Notes under the pieces: generated by a model
Told to the model about the DNA's origin: nothing
The model's input: only the letters and a program-made list of their open reading frames with translations
Database searches by the model: none
Shown here: positions 47,652 to 57,222 of the stretch, in pieces
Position numbering within the stretch: position 1 is the stretch's first letter
Layout of the letters: every line of letters begins with the position of its first letter
Made by a program: the position numbers and the translations under genes
DNA from: an uncultured Eubacterium sp.
GTDB taxonomy: Bacteria; Bacillota; Clostridia; Lachnospirales; Lachnospiraceae
Length of the DNA stretch: 64,000 nucleotides
Direction: 5' to 3'
NCBI GenBank assembly: GCA_947642745.1
Contig: CANRTU010000015.1
Location: forward strand, 5,571 to 69,570

Positions 47652-48455
47652 TTACGCCTTACCCACCTGATTAACCGCCTTTTCCAGCATGGAATCCATT
47701 GTATGGATCAGTTTCTGGTTGGATTCGTAGGCTCTGGCTATAGTAATCATCGTAACCATCTCATCCACGACCTTTACGTTGGACGCTTCGAGACAATACT
47801 GTTCAATCAGACCGGTAGCCGCTATGGCCTGACCGCCGTCTACCAGATCATACATATTCTCGCCATATTTGGACAGAAAATTATAATCTTCAAAATCCAC
47901 CAGTCCCAGCTGCCCCACAAGCTGGCCGTTCTGACGGATATATCCCAGTTTATCTATGGAAAAATCCTGATTCGGATCGAGCCGGATGTAATTGTTGGCG
48001 CCCGGATCAGCGTTCATGGCCCCGTTCATATTCAGTACGTAATCCCCGTCTTTTGTACGCAGAATACCGTCTGTACTGATTGTAAACGCACCGTCCCTGG
48101 TATATTTTACACTGGTGTTCCCCGCCTTATCTGTAAAAGAAATGGCAAAGAAACCGTTGCCGTCAATGGCGCAGTCATATTTATTATCTGTAACCTCAAA
48201 GCTGCCCTGGGTATAATCGGTATAGGTCTCGCCGATTTTTACTCCCAGATTAACATCCCCGATGCCTCTTGCCAGCCAGCCGGTTTCTGACGAATCTTTG
48301 ATTTTCAGCGCCAGCTGTGTATCGAAAGGCTCTGCGGTAGCCCCTTCTTTTTTATATCCGTTTGTATCCACATTTGCCAGGTTGTTGGTGATGACGTCCA
48401 GCCGGTTCATCTCATTGACCATACCTGTCCATGCGGTATATAAGCCCTTTACCAT
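47652..48455 (-). CDS. Flagellar hook-basal body rod protein (FlgF/FlhO-like)
   Basis: TNNLANVDTNGYKK, YTRDGAF, LEASNV..EMVTMI. Confidence 0.88.
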   Translation of the reverse strand: MVKGLYTAWTGMVNEMNRLDVITNNLANVDTNGYKKEGATAEPFDTQLALKIKDSSETGWLARGIGDVNLGVKIGETYTDYTQGSFEVTDNKYDCAIDGNGFFAISFTDKAGNTSVKYTRDGAFTISTDGILRTKDGDYVLNMNGAMNADPGANNYIRLDPNQDFSIDKLGYIRQNGQLVGQLGLVDFEDYNFLSKYGENMYDLVDGGQAIAATGLIEQYCLEASNVKVVDEMVTMITIARAYESNQKLIHTMDSMLEKAVNQVGKA

Positions 48456-48549
48456 GTGCCGTTCTCCTTTTTGTATAAACTGTTTTTATTTTACCACCGC
48501 TGCCATGGATTGTAAAGCTTTAAGATTGCAAAGCTTTAATTGCAGGACT

Positions 48550-49545
48550 TTAATCGTCATCCCGCTTTCCAGCCAGAAATTCCACAAACTTACCGGTTCC
48601 CACTGCCACACAGGTCATTGGTTCTTCCGCCGTCATCGTGTTAATACCAGTTTTTTCCTCAATCAGCTCTTCCAGTCCACGCAGCAGGGAACCGCCCCCG
48701 GTCAGCACAATTCCCCGGTCAGCCACGTCTGCGGCCAGTTCCGGCGGCGTACGCTCCAGTACACTGTGTACCGCTTCTACAATCTGGAGGGTAGCTTCCC
48801 GCAGCGCCTCTTCAGTTTCTTCTGAAGACACGGTCACTGTCTTTGGCAGTCCGGTTACCAGATTACGTCCCCTGACGTCTATTGTTTCCGGCTGTGCCAG
48901 CGGATAGCAGGTGCCGATTTTGATCTTGATGTCTTCAGCTGTCCGTTCTCCGATCAGAAGGTTGTGTTTCTTTCTCATATAACGGACAATGGCTTCGTCA
49001 AAGTCGTCTCCCGCAATCTTGATGGAGGTGCTTACTACTGATCCTCCCAGGGAAATAACGGCAATATCCGCCGTTCCGCCGCCGATATCCACAATCATAT
49101 TGCCGCATGGACGGGAAATATCAATTCCTGCGCCGATGGCTGCCGCTATAGGCTCTTCAATAATCAGTACTTCCCTGGCGCCTGCCTGGTAGGTTGCGTC
49201 TTCCACGGCCTTTTTTTCCACTTCCGTGACGCCGCTTGGCACACAGACACTGATGCGTGGTTTCCGGAAACTCTTCTTGCCAAGAGCTTTCTGTATGAAG
49301 TATTTAATCATCTTTTCTGTTACTGTATAATCAGAAATTACTCCCTGGCGCAGCGGACGGACTGCCACAATATTTCCGGGCGTCCGCCCCAGCATCAGCC
49401 TTGCCTCTTCACCGATTGCTTTTATTTTATTTGTATCACGGTCAAATGCTACTACGGAAGGCTCCTTTAATACAACGCCTTTGCCTTTAATATATACCAG
49501 AATACTGGCTGTCCCTAAATCAATCCCAATATCTGCTCCCATCAT
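48550..49545 (-). CDS. mreB: Rod shape-determining protein MreB/Mbl
   Basis: IGIDLGTA, EPSVVA, VDIGGGT, GIVLTGGG; mbl-flhO-flhP-like gene order. Confidence 0.95.
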   Translation of the reverse strand: MMGADIGIDLGTASILVYIKGKGVVLKEPSVVAFDRDTNKIKAIGEEARLMLGRTPGNIVAVRPLRQGVISDYTVTEKMIKYFIQKALGKKSFRKPRISVCVPSGVTEVEKKAVEDATYQAGAREVLIIEEPIAAAIGAGIDISRPCGNMIVDIGGGTADIAVISLGGSVVSTSIKIAGDDFDEAIVRYMRKKHNLLIGERTAEDIKIKIGTCYPLAQPETIDVRGRNLVTGLPKTVTVSSEETEEALREATLQIVEAVHSVLERTPPELAADVADRGIVLTGGGSLLRGLEELIEEKTGINTMTAEEPMTCVAVGTGKFVEFLAGKRDDD

Positions 49546-49902
49546 GTACAGATATCCCCTTTCATCTTATATATTTAAATTATTGTCGTATGATAATCAG
49601 CTCAGGACACGTCTGAAAACGCTTTTTGGTAAGACACGCTCCACAATATTTCCTTCGCTTTCGCCAGCAGACATGCCACCGTGCCAAAGCGAACGATGCC
49701 CATGATATGCTATATTCTATTTTTCCAGATTAACCTCTATTATATACAATAAATTCCATTTTTCATAGCATTTTTTTATTTTTCACAATTTCTTAAAGTT
49801 TTCGTAAGAATTGTTATGTTTTTTGTGCAATTTGTAAACGAATAAAACATAAGTATCACCCGCTCTGTATCCCTTACTGTCTGGCCGGTCTGAATCCCGG
49901 AA

Positions 49903-49958
49903 CGCATGACAGAAATCCCCGGCATAAGAACTGCCACACCTTCGTTTTCTGTCATGCG
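49903..49958. terminator. Inverted repeat downstream of fucO
   Basis: CGCATGACAGAAA ... TTTCTGTCATGCG. Confidence 0.45.
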
Positions 49959-50104
49959 CTCCCGAAATTCATTCCCGGTAAAACTGCCGGATATTCAAAG
50001 CGGGTGATACAGGAGCATATCTGCGTAATTTTTTACGAATGCGGGATGCTGACTGATGGAATGGCATGCCGGCATATTTCCTGGCAGCCGCTTATATCCG
50101 GATG

Positions 50105-51250
50105 TTACATAATTTTGCGGAACAAATTTTTCAGATCTTCCACATTCGTTTCTTTTGGATTTCCGGGACAGCATGCGTCGGCAAATGCGGATTCCGCCAG
50201 GAAATCCAGATCTTCCTCCCTGAGCGCTTCCAGCTTCTGCGGAATGCCCACATCCTGTGACAGGGTACGGACCGCTTCAATGGCAGCTGCCCGGTATTCA
50301 TCCTGTGACATGCCGTCTACGCCTTCCACGCCCATGGCTCTTGCGATTTCCCGGTATTTTTCACCACTGCAGGATGCGTTATACTCCATGACAATCGGGA
50401 GCATCATCGCACATGCCACGCCATGGGGCGTATCATATGTGGCGCCCAGTGTATGGGCCATGGAATGGGCGATTCCCAGTCCCACATTGGAAAATGCCAT
50501 TCCGGTCACGTACTGTCCCAGAGCCATTCCTTCCCGGCCCTTTTCATCATTTTGCACGGCCTGGCGCAGACTTTTCGCAATCAGGCGGATTGCTTCCAGA
50601 TTCAGACAGTCTGCCAGTTCCCAGGCAGCTTTTGTGGTATAACCTTCAATGGCGTGGGTCAGCGCATCCATACCGGTGGCGGCTGTCAGCCCTTGTGGCA
50701 TCGTAGCCATCATATCCGGATCTATAATGGCAATGTCAGGAATATCATTTGTATCCACGCAGACAAATTTTCTTTTTTTCTCCACATCCGTAATCACATA
50801 ATTAATCGTGGCTTCAGCCGCGGTACCCGCTGTGGTTGGCACGGCAATTGTAAATACTGTTTTGTTTTTTGTCTCCGCCACGCCTTCCAGGGAACGGACA
50901 TCCGCAAATTCCGGATTGTTAATAATAATGCCGATGGCCTTTCCTGTATCCATGGAAGATCCGCCGCCGATGGCTATCATGTAATCCGCACCGGATTTCC
51001 TGTATGCTTCCACACCGGATGTTACATTTTCAATGGTCGGATTTGGCTTTATGTCAGAATAAATTTCATATGCCAGGTTTTTTGCGTCCAGAAGATCTGT
51101 TACTTTTTTTGTCACCCCGGAGTTAACCAGATCCGGATCGGTAGCGATAAATGCCTTTTGCAGACCTTTTGATTCGATAATGCCCGGTATTTCCTGTACT
51201 GCCCCTTTTCCGTGATAAGATACTGCGTTCAGTACAAACCTGTTTACCAT
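50105..51250 (-). CDS. fucO: Iron-containing alcohol dehydrogenase, lactaldehyde reductase type
   Basis: GGGSSMD, PTTAGTAAE, MDALTHAIEG, HSMAH...PHG; RBS before ATG 51250. Confidence 0.85.
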   Translation of the reverse strand: MVNRFVLNAVSYHGKGAVQEIPGIIESKGLQKAFIATDPDLVNSGVTKKVTDLLDAKNLAYEIYSDIKPNPTIENVTSGVEAYRKSGADYMIAIGGGSSMDTGKAIGIIINNPEFADVRSLEGVAETKNKTVFTIAVPTTAGTAAEATINYVITDVEKKRKFVCVDTNDIPDIAIIDPDMMATMPQGLTAATGMDALTHAIEGYTTKAAWELADCLNLEAIRLIAKSLRQAVQNDEKGREGMALGQYVTGMAFSNVGLGIAHSMAHTLGATYDTPHGVACAMMLPIVMEYNASCSGEKYREIARAMGVEGVDGMSQDEYRAAAIEAVRTLSQDVGIPQKLEALREEDLDFLAESAFADACCPGNPKETNVEDLKNLFRKIM

Positions 51251-51500
51251 AATACCTTCCTCCTTTTTTATCCTGCTGCCGTTGCGGCCCGCCCGCATGT
51301 GATGCAGCCGGCAGTATTGTTCTGATAAAATCTGTTTCCCGGACGCTGCATACCTGGAAACAGATGATGTTATTTTAACATAATCCTGTTTTTCACACAA
51401 GAAGCGGCCCTGCTGATTGTCATGAAAATCCACCTTTGTCCCCAGCTGGTAAACAAACGTTCCGGATAGTCAAACATACGATCTCATGATATGATAGTAC

Positions 51501-51732
51501 ACGCAGGGAGCCGTATAATGCAACTGCGGCTGTTGCATCCCTGTAAAATCTTCGTCACTTTTTAACCACAGCTTTGCCAGAAGCAACAATGGCAGGGCAT
51601 CACCTCCTGAAACATTCAAAGACTGGATTTTATCATTTTTACCTCTCTGCGAATGGATCGGGAGCAGGAACCTGAATAAAAATCTTTCGCAAAAGCGTCC
51701 ATGTCTTCTTCCAGTTCATGGGCGTTTTTTGC
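51501..51732 (+). ncRNA. Candidate unannotated structured RNA, about 230 nt
   Basis: Extended -10 TGaTATGAT just upstream; nested or alternative helices at the 5' end; terminator GCGTCCATG..CATGGGCGTTTTTT. Confidence 0.45.
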
Positions 51733-51771
51733 GTCCTGACGGCCATGGCTCAGACAACCTTTAAAACCCTA

Positions 51772-51800
51772 TTGTATAATCAGTTAAAATGAGTTATAAT
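51772..51800 (+). promoter_or_regulatory. sigma70 promoter of the rib operon
   Basis: TTGTAT-N17-TATAAT. Confidence 0.65.
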
Positions 51801-51819
51801 AATGCTGGAAACAGAATAA

Positions 51820-51928
51820 CACTCTTCAGGGCGGGGCGCAATTCCCCACCGGTGGTACAGCCCACGAGCCGCAAGGCAGATCCGGCGCAATTCCGGAGCC
51901 GACAGTACAGTCTGGATGAAAGAAGATA
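51820..51928 (+). promoter_or_regulatory. FMN riboswitch (RFN element)
   Basis: TCTTCAGGGCGGGG..ATTCCCCACCGGTGGT..AGCCCACGAGC..GATCCGG..ATTCCGGAGCCGACAGT..AGTCTGGATGAAAGAAGA, upstream of ribD. Confidence 0.97.
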
Positions 51929-52018
51929 AACGAAAAGCGGATTTAGTATGCGGTTTTCCAAGCGGTTCCATATACGAAAATCCGGCTGGTTTCATGATCT
52001 GAATATCTTTTTTTATAT

Positions 52019-52062
52019 ATAAGAACCCTGGATACTATGATTTCCTGGTTCTTATTTTATTT
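52019..52062 (+). terminator. Riboswitch expression-platform terminator
   Basis: ATAAGAACC...GGTTCTTAT followed by TTTATTTT. Confidence 0.6.
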
Positions 52063-52114
52063 TGCCTTGCCGCCGGAACTTCCGGCAGATCAATTTCAAA
52101 AGGAGACAGGTTTT

Positions 52115-53221
52115 ATGACAGATGAATCATTCATGCGCATGGCCATCGGTCTGGCCAGAAAAGGTACCGGATATGTGAATCCCAACCCGCTGGTAGGCGC
52201 CGTTATCGTAAAGGACGGAAATGTCATCGGAGAAGGATGGCATGCCAGGTACGGGGAACTTCACGCAGAACGTAATGCGCTGGCAGCCTGTACCAGTTCC
52301 CCCCGGGGCGCAGATATTTATGTCACCCTGGAGCCATGCTGCCACTACGGAAAGACGCCGCCCTGTACAGACGCCCTGATTGAAAGCGGCATTGCCAGGG
52401 TATTTATCGGTTCCAGCGACCCGAATCCCCTGGTCAGCGGAAAAGGCGCAGCTATCCTGCGGGAACACGGGTTAGACGTCCATGAGCATTTCCTGGAAGA
52501 AGAATGCGACGCTCTCAACCCGGTTTTTTTTCACTATATACAGCATAAGACTCCTTATGTAGCGCTGAAATACGCCATGACCATGGACGGCAAAACCGCC
52601 TGCCATACCGGCGCCTCCCGCTGGGTAACCGGTGAAGAGGCCCGGCATGAAGTACAGAAACTGCGGCACCAGTATACCGGCATTATGGCAGGCATCGGCA
52701 CCGTATTGTCTGACGATCCCCTGCTGACCTGCCGGATCGAAAACGGCCGCAATCCAGTGCGTATTATATGCGATTCCCGCCTGCGGATCCCTGTGGACTG
52801 CCAGCTGGTCCGCACCGCAAAAGATATCCCGCTGATCATTGCCACCTGTGTGGCAGAAAGTGAAAAAAAGGACCGGCTCACTGCCGCCGGCTGCGAATGC
52901 CTTACCATCCGGGAAAGCGGCGGACATGTGGATCTGCCGGAGCTGATGGGTCTGCTGGGCGCACGTGGCATTGACGGTATTCTGCTGGAAGGCGGCGGAA
53001 CACTCAGCTGGTCCGCATTAAACAGCGGCATTGTGCAGAAACTATACACATTTATCGCTCCCAGATTATTTGGCGGCGCAGCAGCAAAATCTCCGGTGGA
53101 AGGACCGGGCGTCAGTGATCCGTCAGAGGCCTTCTTACTAAAACAGACCGGTATCCGCCAGTACGGCAGCGATCTTTGTATTGAAAGTGAGGTGATAAAT
53201 ATTTGTTCACCGGAATCATAG
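52115..53221 (+). CDS. ribD: Riboflavin biosynthesis deaminase/reductase
   Basis: PNPLVGAV, HAE, TLEPCCHYGKTPPC, LLEGGG; AGGAG RBS before ATG 52115. Confidence 0.96.
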   Translation: MTDESFMRMAIGLARKGTGYVNPNPLVGAVIVKDGNVIGEGWHARYGELHAERNALAACTSSPRGADIYVTLEPCCHYGKTPPCTDALIESGIARVFIGSSDPNPLVSGKGAAILREHGLDVHEHFLEEECDALNPVFFHYIQHKTPYVALKYAMTMDGKTACHTGASRWVTGEEARHEVQKLRHQYTGIMAGIGTVLSDDPLLTCRIENGRNPVRIICDSRLRIPVDCQLVRTAKDIPLIIATCVAESEKKDRLTAAGCECLTIRESGGHVDLPELMGLLGARGIDGILLEGGGTLSWSALNSGIVQKLYTFIAPRLFGGAAAKSPVEGPGVSDPSEAFLLKQTGIRQYGSDLCIESEVINICSPES

Positions 53222-53844
53222 AAGAAACCGGCTCTGTAGAGGGCATTCGTAAAGGCGCCCATTCTTCGGTACTGACGATCCGTGCCCGGGAAATTCTCTC
53301 TGGCACCAGACAGGGAGACAGCATTGCCGTCAACGGCGTCTGTCTGACTGTCACATCCCTTGGAAGCGGCAGTTTTACGGCGGACGTTATGCACGAAACC
53401 CTGAACCGTTCTTCCCTTGGACAGCTGAACGCCGGCTCTCTGGTTAACCTGGAGCGTGCCATGGCCGCTGACGGGCGCTTCGGGGGTCATATCGTATCCG
53501 GCCATATTGACGGCACCGGCACCATTGCCAATATCCAGAAGGACGATAACGCAGTCTGGTATACGGTCTGCGCACCGGAAAAACTGATGCGCTATATCAT
53601 TGAAAAAGGCTCCATTGCCATCGACGGCATCAGTCTGACTGTGGCGTCTGTGACAAAAACCAGTTTCCGGGTATCCGTGATCCCGCACACTGCCAGCCAT
53701 ACCACATTAAGCGGCAGAAAACCCGGAGACATTGTAAATCTGGAAAACGACTGTATCGGGAAATACGTGGAACGCCTGCTGGCCTTTGATCAGTCTGACA
53801 GCCGGATTTCCAGGGAATTTTTAGGAAAATACGGTTTCCTGTAA
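53203..53844 (+). CDS. ribE: Riboflavin synthase alpha chain
   Basis: MFTGIIEE (TTG start), GDSIAVNGVCLTV, GGHIVSGHID. Confidence 0.96.
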   Translation: MFTGIIEETGSVEGIRKGAHSSVLTIRAREILSGTRQGDSIAVNGVCLTVTSLGSGSFTADVMHETLNRSSLGQLNAGSLVNLERAMAADGRFGGHIVSGHIDGTGTIANIQKDDNAVWYTVCAPEKLMRYIIEKGSIAIDGISLTVASVTKTSFRVSVIPHTASHTTLSGRKPGDIVNLENDCIGKYVERLLAFDQSDSRISREFLGKYGFL

Positions 53845-53922
53845 TCCCCCGGATTATAAGAGAGAAAGGAAGCGCGCCAGAGCGTAATAAAAAAAGAAGA
53901 ACAATAAGAAAGGAAGATCATC

Positions 53923-55122
53923 ATGTCTGATTTTAACACGGTAGAAGAAGCGCTGGAAGAACTGCGCCAGGGCAGAATTATCCTGGTCACAGATGATGAA
54001 GACCGGGAAAACGAAGGTGATTTCATCTGTGCGGCGGAATATGCCACAACCGGAAACGTCAATTTTATGGCTACCTATGGTAAAGGCCTGATCTGTATGC
54101 CAATGGGAGAATCCTTGTGCCAGAAGCTGCATTTTCCACAGATGGTGTCTGATAATTCGGATAATCACGAAACAGCCTTTACTGTATCCGTGGATTATGT
54201 ACGCACCACCACCGGTATCTCTGCGGCGGAGCGGAGTATGACTGCCCTGCACTGTGTGGCGGACGATGCGAAACCGGAAGATTTCCGAAGACCCGGACAT
54301 ATGTTTCCGCTGCTGGCAAAAAAGAACGGCGTGCTGGAACGCAACGGCCATACCGAGGCTACCGTTGATCTGATGCGCCTTGCCGGCCTGAAAGAATGCG
54401 GACTCTGCTGTGAGATCATGAAAGACGACGGCACCATGATGCGCACGCCGGAGCTGATGGAACTGGCGGCAAAATGGAACCTGAAATTTATTACGATTGC
54501 CGCCATCCAGGAATACCGCAAAAAGCACGAAAAACTGGTCCATCAGGTGGCCGTCACCAGCCTGCCTACCAGATATGGGGATTTCAAAGCTTACGGCTAT
54601 ATTAACCAGTTAAACGGCGAGCACCATGTGGCGCTGGTAAAAGGCGAAATCGGTGATGGATGCGACCTGCTCTGCCGTGTCCATTCTGAATGTCTGACCG
54701 GAGACTGTTTTGGTTCCCTGCGCTGTGACTGCGGCCAGCAGTTTGCCGCCGCCATGACCCGGATCGAAAAAGAAGGACGGGGCGTGCTGCTATATATGCG
54801 CCAGGAAGGACGGGGTATCGGTCTGATTAATAAACTGCGTGCCTACGAACTGCAGGAAAAAGGAATGGATACGCTGGAAGCAAACCTGGCCCTTGGATTT
54901 GCCGGCGACCTGAGGGAATATTTTATCGGGGCGCAGATTTTAAAAGATCTGGGCGCCAGAACGCTGCGGCTTCTGACAAATAATCCGGACAAAGTATACC
55001 AGCTGAGCGATTTTGGCATGGAAATCAAAGAGCGTGTGCCGATCCAGATTGAAGCCACACCCCACGATCTGTTTTATTTGAAAACAAAGCAGTCACGCAT
55101 GGGCCATATTCTGAACTATTAA
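53923..55122 (+). CDS. ribBA: Bifunctional DHBP synthase / GTP cyclohydrolase II
   Basis: [44 protein letters not shown]. Confidence 0.97.
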   Translation: MSDFNTVEEALEELRQGRIILVTDDEDRENEGDFICAAEYATTGNVNFMATYGKGLICMPMGESLCQKLHFPQMVSDNSDNHETAFTVSVDYVRTTTGISAAERSMTALHCVADDAKPEDFRRPGHMFPLLAKKNGVLERNGHTEATVDLMRLAGLKECGLCCEIMKDDGTMMRTPELMELAAKWNLKFITIAAIQEYRKKHEKLVHQVAVTSLPTRYGDFKAYGYINQLNGEHHVALVKGEIGDGCDLLCRVHSECLTGDCFGSLRCDCGQQFAAAMTRIEKEGRGVLLYMRQEGRGIGLINKLRAYELQEKGMDTLEANLALGFAGDLREYFIGAQILKDLGARTLRLLTNNPDKVYQLSDFGMEIKERVPIQIEATPHDLFYLKTKQSRMGHILNY

Positions 55123-55184
55123 CAGACTGTCCGGGATTTTTTCAGACAGATTTCAGAAGACTATGATAAATAAAGGAGAAAATC

Positions 55185-55667
55185 ATGAACGTATATGAAG
55201 GAAAAGTTGTTGCGAAAGATATAAAAATCGGAATTGTGGCAGCCAGATTTAATGAATTTATTGTTTCAAAACTGGTAAGCGGCGCATTGGACGGCCTGAC
55301 CCGCCACGATGTATCAGAAGACCAGATTGATATCGCCTGGGTGCCGGGCGCTTTTGAAATCCCTCTGATTGCTTCCAGAATGGCGAAATGTGGAAAATAT
55401 GACGCCGTTATCTGCCTGGGCGCTGTCATCCGGGGAAGTACAACCCATTATGATTATGTATGCAGTGAAGTATCCAAAGGCATTGCCAGTGTTTCATTAA
55501 ACAGCGATATACCGGTAATGTTTGGCATTCTGACTACGGAAAATATCGAACAGGCCATTGAACGTGCCGGAACCAAAGCCGGCAACAAAGGATATGACTG
55601 TGCGCTGGGCGCAATTGAGATGGTAAATCTGATTCGTGAAATAGATGGCGGACAGAGCAGACAGTAA
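55185..55667 (+). CDS. ribH: 6,7-dimethyl-8-ribityllumazine synthase
   Basis: [34 protein letters not shown]. Confidence 0.97.
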   Translation: MNVYEGKVVAKDIKIGIVAARFNEFIVSKLVSGALDGLTRHDVSEDQIDIAWVPGAFEIPLIASRMAKCGKYDAVICLGAVIRGSTTHYDYVCSEVSKGIASVSLNSDIPVMFGILTTENIEQAIERAGTKAGNKGYDCALGAIEMVNLIREIDGGQSRQ

Positions 55668-55691
55668 GGAACTATTGATTCAGATCACAGA

Positions 55692-55733
55692 CAGGGCTGC
55701 CGCATACAGATAAATTCTGTTGCGGCAGCCCTG
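55692..55733. terminator. Hairpin between convergent ribH and the MarR gene
   Basis: CAGGGCTGCCGCA ... TGCGGCAGCCCTG perfect 13-bp arms. Confidence 0.7.
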
Positions 55734-55778
55734 AAGCGTATCTGAAAAAGCTTTTCGTATCTGATTCTGGCAGCCGGA

Positions 55779-56222
55779 CTACAGATCATATTTCCGCCCG
55801 AAGTATTCCATCAGCCGTTCCAGCGCCTGCCGCAATACCAGACTCTCCTCCGTGCTGATATCATTCAGTACAAACGCAATCATATCCTGATGAAAACGCT
55901 CATGATGCCGGTAGGCATGTACTCCCCGGTCTGTCAGGGTAATATTCACTACCCGTTTATCCTGTTCACTCCGCTGCCGCTTTACATAATGTTTTTTTTC
56001 CAGGGAATCCACTGCTTTTGTCAGCGTACCTGTTGTTACCGCCATGATCCTGGCAATCTGAGACATTTTCTGAGGCTCTTTCATACCTATTGCTTCGATG
56101 ACATGCATGTCATTGTAAGTGATATCTGAAAACTCTTCGGTAATCAGTTTCTTTTCCTCAATCTCCATGATAAACTTAAAGAAATCTACCAGAAGCCTGT
56201 TCAATGTCCGCTCCGTTTCCAT
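55779..56222 (-). CDS. fabT: MarR family regulator, FabT-like
   Basis: DMHVIEAI, TTGTLT, RSEQDKRVV..LT..G...H..FH; located in the fab operon. Confidence 0.8.
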   Translation of the reverse strand: METERTLNRLLVDFFKFIMEIEEKKLITEEFSDITYNDMHVIEAIGMKEPQKMSQIARIMAVTTGTLTKAVDSLEKKHYVKRQRSEQDKRVVNITLTDRGVHAYRHHERFHQDMIAFVLNDISTEESLVLRQALERLMEYFGRKYDL

Positions 56223-56237
56223 TTCTGTGTTTCCTTT

Positions 56238-57209
56238 CTACCAGACCAGCACGGTGGCTCCCCAGGTAAGCCCCGCACCAAAACCTGCCAGTACAATCTT
56301 ATCTCCTTTATGTAATCTGCCCTCCCGGTTTACCCGGTCCGTCAGAATCGGTACACTTGCCGCAGAAATATTACCACATTCCTCCAGGCATACCGGAAAT
56401 TTTTCCAGCGGCTGGCGCAGGCGCTTTGCCACTGCTTCTATAATCCGCCGGTTGGCCTGATGAAGTAAAAACAGAGAAATATCTTCCGGCCGCAGCCCCG
56501 CCTGATCCAGAACCTGCATGATGCTGGCAGGAACTGTACGGACCGCAAACTTATAGACCTCCTGGCCATTCATCTGTACGTAAGAAGATATGCCCGTATC
56601 CGTATTTTCAGATACATAGGGATGCCGCAGCGGCCTGCCGCCGCAGGAAAGCACCATTCCTTTCGAACCGTCCGCACCCTGTACGGACGCCAGTACGCCT
56701 TCTTCGTCCGCACAGACTACCGCCGCCCCGGCGCCATCTCCAAACAGAACGCAGGTGGAGCGGTCTGTCCAGTCCATCAGTTTGGAAAGTGTTTCCGCAC
56801 CTACCAGCAGTATTTTGCGGTACATGCCGCTGCGGATATAGGCATCTGCCGTATTCAGGGCAAAAATAAAACCAGAGCAGGCAGCGCCCAGGTCACAGGC
56901 AGCCGCATGTACTGCCCCCAGTTCCCGTTGTACTTCGCAGGATAAAGGCGGCAGGACATGATCCGCAGATAACGTGGCCGCTATGATCAGATCCAGTTCT
57001 TCCGGCCGGACTCCGGCCTCATCCAGAGCCAGCCTGGCAGCCTCCACAGACATGCTGGTCGTTGTTTCATCCACCGCCAGATGTCTTGCGCCGATTCCGG
57101 TACGGCTGCGGATCCATTCATCCGACGTATCCAGAATGTTGCCCAGGTCATCGTTCGTTATCCGCAGCCCCGGAAGGCAGCTGCCGGTTCCACATATTCT
57201 TGCCCGCAT
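56238..57209 (-). CDS. fabH: Beta-ketoacyl-ACP synthase III
   Basis: AACSGF, LFGDGAGA, HQAN, GNISAAS, GFGAGLTWG. Confidence 0.95.
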   Translation of the reverse strand: MRARICGTGSCLPGLRITNDDLGNILDTSDEWIRSRTGIGARHLAVDETTTSMSVEAARLALDEAGVRPEELDLIIAATLSADHVLPPLSCEVQRELGAVHAAACDLGAACSGFIFALNTADAYIRSGMYRKILLVGAETLSKLMDWTDRSTCVLFGDGAGAAVVCADEEGVLASVQGADGSKGMVLSCGGRPLRHPYVSENTDTGISSYVQMNGQEVYKFAVRTVPASIMQVLDQAGLRPEDISLFLLHQANRRIIEAVAKRLRQPLEKFPVCLEECGNISAASVPILTDRVNREGRLHKGDKIVLAGFGAGLTWGATVLVW

Positions 57210-57222
57210 ATCGTTCTCCTTT

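Noticed and set aside
51251-51433. Extended N-terminus of FucO
   Set aside because: The family-like sequence starts at MVNRF, which has a strong RBS.
51501-51545. Twister ribozyme or known riboswitch identity for the pseudoknot-like element
   Set aside because: Lacks the conserved cores I know for twister, c-di-GMP, ZTP, fluoride or preQ1 families; left as unknown.
52555-53700. 381-aa minus-strand ORF
   Set aside because: Antisense to the well-supported ribD and ribE.
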